A stretch of DNA of 64,000 nucleotides, from the NCBI RefSeq assembly GCF_036321535.1, contig NC_087453.1, positions 15,004,001 to 15,068,000 of the forward strand, written 5' to 3'. The position numbers and the translations under genes were made by a program. A model generated the notes under the pieces. That model was not told the origin of the DNA. It searched no databases and saw nothing but the letters and a program-made list of their open reading frames with translations. This DNA is from Camelus dromedarius. Taxonomy: Eukaryota. This document shows, in pieces, positions 48,457-59,754 of this stretch; the stretch's first letter is position 1; each line of letters opens with the position of its first letter.

Positions 48457-48820
48457 CTTTTTTTTTTTTTTTTTTTTTTGAGGTATGATTGATATATAAC
48501 ATGTTAGTTTCAGGTGTATGACATGATGATTCGATATTTGTATATGTTGTGAAATGATCACCATAATAAGTGATGGGTTAATATCCATCACCATACATAG
48601 TTTCAGAAGTTGTTTTTTTCTTGTGATTAGGACTTTTATGATCTACCCTCTTAGAAATTTTCAAATGTGCAATATGGTATTGTTAACAATAGCCACACGC
48701 TGTACTTATTTATTTTATAAGTAAAAAAGTATACCCATGACTTATTTATTTTATAACTGGAAATTTGTACCTTTTGACCCCCTTCACCAGTTTCACCAAC
48801 ATCCCCTACTAAGACCACCA
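48457..48820 (-). mobile_element. L1MA9-like 3' end with 22-nt T run
   Basis: gaggtatgattgatatataacatg...gaaatgatcaccataataagt...acttatttattttataactggaaatttgtaccttttgacccccttcacc. Confidence 0.8.
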
Positions 48821-51124
48821 CAAAGAGATCAGAGAACAAAACTACAGCGGGCCTGCCAAGTCCAGGGCAGATGCCTCTGGAGTTCAGCTCCTGGGTACAG
48901 AATGGCAGNNNNNNNNNNNNNNNNNNNNNNNNNNNNNNNNNNNNNNNNNNNNNNNNNNNNNNNNNNNNNNNNNNNNNNNNNNNNNNNNNNNNNNNNNNNN
49001 NNNNNNNNNNNNNNNNNNNNNNNNNNNNNNNNNNNNNNNNNNNNAGCTCAGGGTTACCATTACCACATTAGATCCAAATCACAGCAGTTGTTTGAGGTTC
49101 CTCAGAATGCTGAGTGTTAACTGCACCACGAGTGTAGTGGGGATGCTTCCTCATCCCAGCCAGCCCTGGGCAAGTGTTGTCCGGGTGCCCAATCTGGGCT
49201 CCCTTCTGCTGGGATTTCTAGGGTAAGGGGGAGCCAGGATGACTTGAAGCACTTGCTGTGCAGCCCCTGACTGCTCTTCCAATGGAGCAACATTAAAAAA
49301 AAAACCCCACAACCTCCTGGGGTGCATGATTTGATAACTGGGAAAAAAACTTCCCGCAGACCCAAGTGGCTTTCACACATTCAGGTGTTCAGTATTATTA
49401 TCCAGGAGCAGAAATGATGAGTTCTGGGTTTGAGAGGCCCAGGATGTCTCTCTCTGTGATACAAAAGGGCACAGCACCCGCTTCCCCCATTTCATTCTTG
49501 TAGAATTCATTTCCATCTGTTCTAACACCAACCAAGGACACTGTGGCCTTTATCTCATTTCCTTGTGCACTGCCCCTTGATCCCACCTTTCCCCTGGGTT
49601 TTGACACAGAGTTTGGATGAACTGAGTGCAGATAGAGCTGAGGAAGTGTGGAGGAGAATTACAGTTATTCACTTATCTTGTTGAAAATGCTCTGAGAGGA
49701 TGCGGAATGGTGTGGGCCCTGAAGACAGGCCCCTCATTAGGCAGTGGCAGGATTAAAGGAGAGGGTGCCCTTTCCACCTGCCATGTGATAAGGTTATTTG
49801 TGGCAAATAATTTTGTGGATAAGAATTTGTGGCAAAACTCGTGCCATGAGAGTGAGTCTACCACGGATGTGACACTGACAGCTTTGCTGATAACTGTGCT
49901 TAAAGGACCCTCTGATACTGTCTGTTACCTCACTGCGTCACGTTTTTACCTGCTTCTCTTTCCACTGTTTCTTGCCCAGGTCTATTTTTACCCTTGTGTT
50001 CTTATTTTTTTGCCCTCTTTAACTTAAACTTTCTGGTTAAAAAACAACAAACCAAACAAATATCAGACCTTCTAACTTCACATTAGCTATCACGCCCTGC
50101 CAAGTCACTGACCCTGAGTACCTGCCAGGAGATATTTTTATTGCCTTTGGTTTCATTATAGATGACAAAATACGTGGAATTGGATTTCTTTTTCCCAGGA
50201 TTTGGTTGCTAGTTGTTTATTCCAACACCAGATGGTATTTTCTGATTGAAGTTATTTATAAGCAGTTTGAGTCTTATAAACCCTTTTGATATTGTTGGAT
50301 CACCTCGGAGTCCTGTGTGACCCCATATGTTGAGAGGAGATTAAAAACAAACAAACTTCTGAAAAGTTGACACCAAACTTGGGAATTGAAGCAATCACTG
50401 TCCCTCAGACTAATAATCTACTGGTCTTAAGATGACTTGTACTTTTGGGGAATCTATAATTTCCTTGAAATTGCTAGTCTTAGAAAAAGCCACAGTTATT
50501 TTTCCTGGGTTACTGTGATGTCTTCCGTTCTAATTTTGATGTAAGTGCAAAGAACAGATTGTGTCCAGCCCAAGTTACATTTATAACTTCAAACAATTGT
50601 TCTCTCATAGTCCTTAGCAAAAAAATTTTAAAGAAAAGACCTATAAAGACTTCCTCCCTTCCGTCCCAATTATAGTTGATACTTTAACTAACCAAGTGTG
50701 TTTGAGCACAATCTTTGGCAAAGTAGCTAATGTTTCATAATCACTGTTTTTGGATTTGAACTAAATGAAAGAGAGTTCATGATACTATTTGGTGAAGTCT
50801 ATTAAACAACTTACTCTTATCAGTAAACATATAAGATTCATATATATCAATTCCTCCACTAGGAACTGAAGATGATGAAAATTAACTATAAATCAGGGAA
50901 ATGAAAATCCTTGAGTTCTGAACTTTTGCATAGGCAAAAGCGAACAGCAAGACCTTGAATAATTGACATTTCTTCTCTGGACTATGAAATTGGACTCTCT
51001 GTGGCAAGTATAAACTTCATATTTGTGACTTACTCCAGTATGTACTTAGTAGATTACCTAGAAATACAACTAAAGGAAGTTAGGCATTACCTTATCAAGG
51101 ACATTTTAAGGTAAAATTATATCA

Positions 51125-52762
51125 TAGAATGGAAAGATATCCCCACATCCATGGTTTTGGAAGACTTGATACTGTAAAGATGCAGTACTACCCAAAGTGA
51201 TCTACAGATTCAATGCAATCTCTATTCAAATCATGGCCGGCTTTTATACATAAATGGAAAAGTTGATACTAAAATTCATATGGAATTGCCAGGGAATCCA
51301 AATAGTCGATCTTGAAAAAGAAAGATATAGTTGGAGGACTCATGCTTCCCAATTTTAAAAAAGCAATAATAATCAAATCAGTGTGGTTCTGACATAATGG
51401 ACAGATTGATCAATAGAATAGAATTGAAACTCCAGAAATAAACCCATAGANNNNNNNNNNNNNNNNNNNNNNNNNNNNNNNNNNNNNNNNNNNNNNNNNN
51501 NNNNNNNNNNNNNNNNNNNNNNNNNNNNNNNNNNNNNNNNNNNNNNNNNNNNNNNNNNNNNNNNNNNNNNNNNNNNNNNNNNNNNNNNNNNNNNNNNNNN
51601 NNNNNNNNNNNNNNNNNNNNNNNNNNNNNNNNNNNNNACTTTTAAAACATAAAGGTAAATCTTCACAACCTTGGATTTGGTAATGGATTCTCAGAAATGA
51701 CACCAATAGTATAAGCAACAGAAAGAAAAAAATAGATATTTTGGACTCCATCAAAATATACAACCTTGTGCATCAAAGGACATTATTGAGAAAGTGGAAA
51801 GACAATCTACAGAATGGGAGAAAATATGCAAATCTGAGAAGAGCCTAGTATCNNNNNNNNNNNNNNNNNNNNNNNNNNNNNNNNNNNNNNNNNNNNNNNN
51901 NNNNNNNNNNNNNNNNNNNNNNNNNNNNNNNNNNNNNNNNNNNNNNNNNNNNNNNNNNNNNNNNNNNNNNNNNNNNNNNNNNNNNNNNNNNNNNNNNNNN
52001 NNNNNNNNNNNNNNNNNNNNNNNNNNNNNNNNNNNNNNNNNNNNNNNNNNNNNNNNNNNNNNNNNNTAAAAATGTACCAAACAGAAAGTAATGAAGTGTT
52101 GATGAGGATGTTAGAACCCTTGTGCTTTGCTGGTAAGAATGTAAAATTGTGTAGCCACTGTGGAAGACAGTTTGGCTGATCCTCATAAAGTTAAATATAG
52201 AATTACTGTATGAGCCAGCAATTCTGCTTCTGCATATATACCCCAANNNNNNNNNNNNNNNNNNNNNNNNNNNNNNNNNNNNNNNNNNNNNNNNNNNNNN
52301 NNNNNNNNNNNNNNNNNNNNNNNNNNNNNNNNNNNNNNNNNNNNNNNNNNNNNNNNNNNNNNNNNNNNNNNNNNNNNNNNNNNNNNNNNNNNNNTTTTCA
52401 GCCATAAAAGGGAATAAGGTACTGATGCATGCTGCGATGTGGAGGAACCTCAAAACATGCTAAGTGAAAGGAGGCAGACGTGAAAAATCACATCTTGTGT
52501 GATTGCATTTATATGAAATATCCGGAATAGATAAATTCATGGAGACATAAAGCATATTAGTGGTTGCCAGGGGCTGAAGCAAGGGGAACAGGAGTGACTG
52601 CTTAATGAGTACAAGGTTTCATTTTGGGATGACTGAAATGTTTTGGAACTAAATAGATGTGATGGTTGTACTACACTGTGAATATACTAAATGCCACTAA
52701 ATTGTACACTTTAAAATGGTTAACTTTATGTTATGTGAATTTTACTTCAAATTTAAAAAAAT
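51125..52762 (+). mobile_element. L1MB (ORF2 3' half plus 3'UTR), sense to the host gene, with three gaps
   Basis: cccaaagtgatctacagattcaatgcaatc; ORF 51794 RQSTEWEKI is an L1 ORF2 remnant; ends aattgtacactttaaaatggttaactttatgttatgtgaattttacttcaaatttaaaaaaa. Confidence 0.9.
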
Positions 52763-53519
52763 TACATCATATAGTTTTTGTGATCTCATAAATAACTATG
52801 GCTTTGCTGTCATAGTTACCTTGTGACTATTGGAACCCATGTGCTTTGTAGCATTAGTACATTGGGAAAGTTCTTTCCAGCTGTGGGCAAGAAAATGCGA
52901 AGATGAATGATCCCAAGTGGGTTTCTTCCTAAAATAACAATTAAGGAATATAGTTTTGCTTTTTCATTTTTACTTGTAGAAACTGGTAAAACTTCTACCT
53001 TTGAGTGGGCCCTTGCTTGTTTTAAAAATGTGATCTGGGTTGGGAAGGGTTGGTTTTTTCATTTAATTTGAAAAGCATGTTTAAAATAACTTTATATTAT
53101 TTGGAGATGGAGCAGCTTTTGATTTTATGAAAACTAAAGAATGTAAGATGGACATACAGAATTGCAGTAAGATTTTTCTGATGGTTTGCTATGTTGCACT
53201 GCTAGAGATTTTTGTGACACTTTTGAAAACTATCACAAGTGCTTTTTATTGTCAGTGGAATTGGTGTCAGGAATAAGCAATTTCTGTTTTCAGATCAAGC
53301 ACAGCTGGTGCAAAAACTAAAAACCTTAATATCTTATGCCTGTTTTATTTTTTGAAGGAGGGACTTTAGGTTAGATTCTGGCAAAAGGTCTGAGCTTGAG
53401 AAGAGCGTCTTACTCAGAAAGGGAGAAGTGCTTTGCCCGCGGTCACGAAACTGTTCTTACGAAGGAACTTGATGCTTCTGCTCCGTAGTTGTGTGTCTGC
53501 CCCTGTGCTGTATGAGGAC

Positions 53520-53708
53520 TTGTTTCTCTAGCAGTTGTTTTTTATGCTACTTGTCTTGCACCCTCCCACCTGGTTCCTCTTAGGACCCAAAACATGCCAT
53601 CCAGGCTAAGAGTTTGTAGACATGAAACAAACAAAGCAGAGTGGTTTGTGGTGGATTGAACCCACAGCTTTGGACGTCATCAGCACCGGGTCCCAATCAA
53701 CTGAACTA
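53520..53708 (-). mobile_element. MamSINE1-like ancient SINE with a decayed tRNA-Ile-like head
   Basis: Minus strand ctagttcagttgattgggacccggtgctgatgacgtccaaagctgtgggttcaatcc, followed by gctttgtttgtttcatgtctacaaact, the non-tRNA body as recalled. Confidence 0.65.
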
Positions 53709-54149
53709 GAGAGTTAGAGAATAAATGCCTTGTTTCAGTGAGAGATTTGTAGTTTTAAAATTAGAAAGGATCTGGTAAGCATGGCAGAATATCCGGAATA
53801 AATGTAATAAGCTGAAGTAGTGGGTGAATGTAAGTATTCAGCTGAAAATAATTATTGCTTCTGCTGTCCATAAATTAGGAAGAGTTCCTTTTTGTGATGT
53901 TTGCTGGATAATTTTTTTAAATTAAGAAAAGGTTGGGTTTTTTAAAGTGGCAGAGAATTAAGCATTTAAAATAAATTAATTAGGAAAATTTTCCAACAAG
54001 AGCTAGCTTAGACATCGAGCTATTGTACCGTGACAGCAGTAGAAGAATGTGAAATGGGTGTATGGGACTACAGCTCCCTGCAAGGTTATATCCACCCAGG
54101 AACCCTGCCTGTGAACAGCATCTTATAGTGCATTTCCTTGCACAATTTT

Positions 54150-54290
54150 CTATACAAAACTTCCTGTACCTTAGTTTCCTCATCTGGGCAATTAGAATAA
54201 TAGAATCTACCTCATAGGGTTGTTATAAAGATTGTTAGTTAAGGTAGTTAAAGCTCTTAGAACAGTTCCTGACGCAGATTAATATGTGTA
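54150..54290 (+). mobile_element. MIR
   Basis: ccttagtttcctcatctgggcaattagaataatagaatctacctcatagggttgttataaagatt. Confidence 0.8.
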
Positions 54291-55215
54291 TATTAAAGAC
54301 CTAAGATGATGGTGAAAGATCACTGGGAGCTACTCTGGTGAGGGGTGCTTTTTTGAGGGGCAGACTTGTTCACATTCAGATACCCACTGTCCACACTCTC
54401 TCTCATGTCCTGTCCAAAGTTCTGAGACCCTCTGATATACCCATTGTTGGGCCATATTACTGCTAATGGGCAATTTAACCAAAGAGAATGCTTTGGGAAA
54501 GAAAGAAAGAACCCCAAAGCAGTAGTTTTTCAACTCTTTCCCAAGTGATTTTAAGACTGCATGAAACATCTGTGGTGGTTTGTTGGAAACATATTACTGT
54601 CTCATTCATTTACCAAGAGTTACTGTGTGCCATCCTTGACATAGGGTAGAATGGGACAACATAGGGATAAGGGTCAGAGACAAAGATGAAGATAATATAT
54701 AGCTCCCTCCATAGCCTGGAACTCACAGTCTAGACCTTTTTTTTTTTTTTTTTTTTTTTTTACCTTCTAGAATCCATGTCAGGAGAATCCCAGGGCTTTG
54801 AATGGAAGAGCATCAGAAGATAGCACATCCTTAATGGTATGCGTCCTTGAAGTTGTAAGACGACACATCAGTTAATTTTATCATTTCTGCTAAGCCATCT
54901 CAAACTTAGAGAGAGTGATGGAAACTCATTGGTGGAAAGAGATTTTAATGAATCATCTTGTTCTGATCTATTGTCACAATCAAGTTTACCTTTTTTCCCT
55001 TTTATTTTTCAGTTTCTGCTAGTGTTTTAATCGTTTTAAATTGCTAGTTCGTATTTTAATGACCTCTTTTGCTCTCCCCACCCTCTTGGTTTTTCTGTTT
55101 GTGTATAGTTCTGGTGAAAATGAATTAGAAAAGGAGATTGATGAGATTGGATAACTCAGCTTCCTAGAATACACTTTATCTCTTTTCTTGTGAAGTGATG
55201 ATACTTCTTTTGTAG

Positions 55216-55311
55216 GACTGGATTGCAACTGCAGAAGCAACACCAAGTGAACCTTGAAAGATGCATATGGGGCTGCACAAAGAGAAGAGAGAAACTGGAG
55301 AAACCAATGAA
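55216..55311 (+). other. ZHX3: Exon 2 (96 nt, 5'UTR) of the ZHX3-like gene
   Basis: Acceptor atacttcttttgtAG|GACTGG and donor AATGAA|GTAAGG; size consistent with recalled ZHX3 exon 2; contains ATGs at 55261, 55267 and 55307. Confidence 0.7.
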
Positions 55312-56431
55312 GTAAGGAAAAAGTATGTTTTTTGGGTAAATAGTATGCTTCTGAACTTTAAGTTTCTTGCCATATGAATTACCATCACTTCGTAATGCCT
55401 AAGTCTCTATAGCCATATTTAGTCTCTGTACTGCTGTTAAACATTATTTTCTCCTTCCTCGGTTTTTATTGCTGAGCTCTTTGAGCAAATAATTTTTTTG
55501 GATTAATCTAAAAATGTGTATTGAATATATAATTTAGGTGATTTCTGAGGTTACTTGATAGAAGCCTGTTATATCTTAGGTTGACCATTGGGTATTATAA
55601 AAGTAGAGTTGTGTGTTGCGTCTCTGTGATGTGCAGGTTTAGTTTAAGGCCCACTTTTAGTCTGAGTGCAAAACTTATACTTCTGCTTTATTAAATGACT
55701 GACTTGAAAAACTAGAACACTAGTTTGAGTACCAGTTATCCAAGCCAGATTCTCAGGGCTCAAGATGTGTGGTACTGTCCTCTGGAATAGGAAGTGTTTT
55801 TCAATTTAAAACTTATTACTAAAGACAAAGCAGACTGGCAAATACTGTAAATAGACACAGCCTTCTCTTGATACAACAGATGTGCCCTAGTAGAGTTATA
55901 TACTCATGTATGTATTAGTTGGGAACTCAATTTGTTCTGTTATTGAGCTAAGCTTAGACACTGAGAGTTTTTGTTGTTGTTGTTGTTATTGTTGAAGTTT
56001 TAAAATAAAGGAAATCTACTACATTATTTATCATTATAAAGTTAAGAACCTTTCTTCAGTATGCTGAGAAGAACTTTTTGGAAAGAATGGGGAGGAAACG
56101 GAGTCAGAGTTATCGATGGCATATAATGGGAGTTCTGTGCACAGCAGCCTGACTTAGACAACTGCATGGCGATGTCCCTCCCTCTGCCCGAGCCAGGGCC
56201 ACCCAGCCCATGGGAATTTCCCCACAGTTGTTGCTCATGGAACTTCCTGCCTTATGGTGGATTGCAGCAGTATTACAGTTTTCTCATTCTTTAACTTTGA
56301 GTTGGAATGCCGAGTAGAAACTATTTAGTGGCCTTGCATATCAATCCTCTAAACTAAAAATGGCCTAAGACGAGTTTATTCACAAGGAAACTTGTACACG
56401 TGTTTTCTAGCGCTCACCTTCACAGGGACTG

Positions 56432-56510
56432 CTTCAGTCACACTGGTCTCCTTACTGTCCTTCAGTCACACTGGTCTCCTTAATGTTCTTCAGTCAACCC
56501 AGAATCTCCT
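56432..56510. repeat. 28-bp tandem repeat, about 2.8 copies, within an L2 remnant
   Basis: cttcagtcacactggtctccttactgtc / cttcagtcacactggtctccttaatgtt / cttcagtcaacccagaatctcct. Confidence 0.85.
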
Positions 56511-57177
56511 CTGAGATAGTCACGTGGCTCCTGCCCTCCTCCTTTTTCAGGTTTCTGCTCTGGGGGCACTGTTAATGCAAAGAGTTAAGCAAAACTGGAA
56601 TCCCTAGGAGTTTTCTGTGATGTCAGTGCTGGTACCTACCCCCTGCCCTGACAACACTGAGCCGTCTTGCCTTGCTCCAGCTTACCTCCCTTCTCCCACT
56701 CTGTTGCTCCTACCTATCAAGTGTGTTGCTTGGTTTATTCTATACATCATGCTTTTTCCTTTTAAAATTAATCTTTTCCTTTTAAAGGCACATAGCATTT
56801 AACTCAGCAATTCCATTTATAGGAATTCATCTTACATATAGCCTCATACAGCTAGGCAGGTAATCTTGTACCTCCTCAGCCTCTGTTAGATGCTCATGTA
56901 TGCCTCCGATCTCAAAGACTAATTGTCTCTTGCTGCCACCGTTCCGTTGTTGCCATGGGTCACGTTCCCCTACAATAACTTGGGCAATGTCCTGCGTCTT
57001 TGCCTAAACTGCAGTGGACTGGGGGCATTGGCACAGCCACTATGTCCCCTTCTGGGCTTCGTCTTTTGAACTCCTGTTGCCTTGCAACAGTCTTTCTCTT
57101 CCCATTTGTGAATATCATGAATGGCTAACTTTTTGCATTGCACTTTGTAGGTATTTAGATAATTAAGTATATAGGAA

Positions 57178-57340
57178 TGGTCTCTCGACTTAGCTGCACA
57201 TTAGAATCACTTTAGATGCTTTGTAAATCACTAATGTCTGGTCCCACCCCCAAAGATTCTGAGGCAATTTGTCTGGGGTGAGGTGTAAGCATTGGCATTT
57301 TAAAAAGCTGCCTGAGTGATTTTCATGTGTGGTCAAATGT
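57178..57340. mobile_element. MER5B-like
   Basis: gctgcacattagaatcac...cccacccccaaagattctga...ggcattttaaaaagctgcctgagtgatt. Confidence 0.8.
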
Positions 57341-57589
57341 GAGGACTAGAAATACTATTGACTTTTCTATATTGGTGATGACTTTTGTTGCTTTAAACTA
57401 ATCATAACCATTTAAGTGATTCTTTTGGGTATATATATATATAATGGTATGTATGTAGAAAAATTTTGCCTCTGCCTTTTACTATATTTGTATTTCTCAT
57501 TTGTTTTCATGTAGCTTTGTATTAGAAGCACTTCTGACACTGTGTTAATTAACAGTGATGATAAAATGCTGCTTCATTTTGTGCCTTTT

Positions 57590-58214
57590 TTCGTTTTTTA
57601 ATTGAAGTATAGTTGATTTACAATGTTGTGTTAGTTTCTGGTGTACAGCAGAGTGATTCAGTTATACATATATATTCTTTTTTTATTTCTTTTCTGTTAT
57701 GGTTTATTACAGGATATTGAATATGGTTTTCTATGTTATACAGTAGGGCCTTTTTGTTTATCTGTTTTATGTATAGTAGTTTGTATCTGCTAATCTCAAA
57801 CTCCTAATATATCCCTCCCCTTCCCCCTTTCCCCTCTGGTAACTATAAGTTTGTTTTCTATGTCTGCAAGTTCTGTTTTGTAAATAAATTCACTTGTATC
57901 ATATTTTAGATTCCACATATAAGTGATACTGTATGGTATTTGTCTTTGGTTTTCTGACTTCACTTAGTCTGATAATCTGTAAGTCCACCCATGTTACTGC
58001 AAATGGCATTATTTTATTCTTTCTTATGACTAAGTATTCCATTGTATATATATACCACATCTTCTTTATCCATTCGTCAGTTGATGGACATTTGGATTGT
58101 TCCATGTCTGGGCTATTATACATAGTGCTGCCGTGAACACGGGGGTGCCTGTATGTTTTCAAATTAGGGTCTTCTCTGGATATATGCCCAGGAGTGGGAT
58201 TGCTGGATCATATG
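57590..58214 (-). mobile_element. Artiodactyl L1 3' end (~620 bp)
   Basis: aattgaagtatagttgatttacaatgttgtgttagtttctggtgtacagc...; minus ORF 57899-58162 (KCPSTDEWIKKMWYIYTMEY) is the L1 ORF2 C-terminus. Confidence 0.92.
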
Positions 58215-58499
58215 TGTACCTATTTTTATTGACTGCCTGTCTCATTTCTTCCTCAAAGTGTATTGTTGATATTTGGTTTTAAATAGATACTCTAAAAAGG
58301 GTAAGAAAGTATATCTTTATTACTAGTTTTAGAATTTTAAAATTAAGAATAGCTGTTGGAGTTTAACAAATGACACTTTGGTATTTGCTGACATGACACA
58401 ATTTAAAAATTTAACCTATTCCTAGGTTCTATTTACTATTATTTTCTTTTAAATTTTTGAGCCTAAATTTTAAGTAAGCTTCATCTGTAGTTTTTCTCT

Positions 58500-59700
58500 C
58501 TTCATTTTCTTTAGTCAGTTTTAGGATCAGGTTAGTACAGTAAACTAGATAACCTATATCTTGACCTATTTTAGGCATGATTTCTATGAGTTGTTTGTTT
58601 CTGGAGAGTTTGAAATGATCAACTAACAAACCATCAGAGCCTAGTTGCTTCTAGGGATGGAGGTATAGTTATTTATTTTTTCAAGGTGTTGGTCTAGTTA
58701 AGTATTTCATTTTTGCCAATGTTAGAATTCTGTTTTTAATGGAAAATCCATCTTTTTAGCTTTATCCAAATTTATTAACACATACATAGTATTTCCCTAT
58801 TTATTGCTTTTTTATGTCCTGTATGTCCAGTTTTTTATGTCCAGTTTCATGCATTTGTTCTTTTTTGTAACTAAATTTAGTACTAATATCACTTTTAGTC
58901 TCTTCTCAGAACTTTTAGTTGAAATATAAAACTTTAGAAGCACAGGAGGAGGCAGTGAAACTCAGCGTCCTCCTCCCTCCCAGTCCTCTTTCGTGGGCAG
59001 CACCTCCTGCGAGCTTCTTGTGGGTCCTTCCAAAGTACTTTGGTTTTGCTTTCAAAATACCTACTTCTTTTCTTTTTAAGAAAAGTTCTTCCCATTTTGT
59101 TTTATTTTTACCTTTTGGTTGTTTGTTTCTCAAGATTATGGGTTGCATTTTTAGTTTTTATTTTTGCTTTTTGACAATACTTAAAGCAATGCCTGTCCTC
59201 TATTCTTTTTTTCATAGTCTATAGATTTCTTGTGTAGTGACTTTGTTATATTTTCTAATTTCATCATTGTTATTTCAGAGCTTATCTCTGTAAGCAGAAT
59301 ATTGTTGGATTTTTTCTGTTCAGCCAAGCTTGAAGATTCCATAACTTATGTGTGAACTTAGCTTCTTTAATTTATGGGTGCTATTGCATTTGTTATGTTT
59401 TCTACGGATAATTTGTCTCTTAATTTATATATTGATTAGTTGTCTCTTTTCTGTTATACCTCTGTTTTATGAAATGTTCTTTCCTTCTTTTTAACTTTAA
59501 AACAAAATTAAAAGTGAATAGTTTTCCTAGTACTAAAAATAACATTTGTTCCTCTATTTACTATCATCAAGGCAAAAGCAGGAACTTTCCTTTCCTTCCT
59601 TATTATAAGGAAATACAGTTTCTCCCCATTTTGTCATCCCCTCTTCCTATTCCTTGTCTGAACCCATTATTTTTACCCTTCCTGTTTTATATTTGTTCCA
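58500..59700 (-). mobile_element. Highly decayed L1ME remnants
   Basis: T-rich antisense L1 motifs such as aaaccatcagagcctag and tctcttgtaagcagaata; boundaries uncertain. Confidence 0.45.
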
Positions 59701-59754
59701 TGGGATACATTCATTCTTCTGGACTTCAGCCTGGTACTCAAGTATTTTGCTCTC

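Larger units (their letters stand above)
18965..55215 (+). other. ZHX3: Intron 1 (36.25 kb) of the ZHX3-like gene
   Basis: GT at 18965, AG at 55214-55215; repeat-rich with no convincing coding exon in between. Confidence 0.6.

Noticed and set aside
8429-52453. ORFs containing X runs
   Set aside because: They are open only because N gaps contain no stop codons; the flanks are L1 remnants or unassigned sequence.
53641-53708. Apparent tRNA-Ile gene (GAT at the anticodon position)
   Set aside because: Stems are broken, there is no intact acceptor stem or Pol III terminator, and it continues into a SINE body; it is a MamSINE1-like head.
57899-58162. 87-aa ORF with clear protein similarity
   Set aside because: It is the C-terminal remnant of L1 ORF2 in a 5'-truncated insertion, not a host gene.
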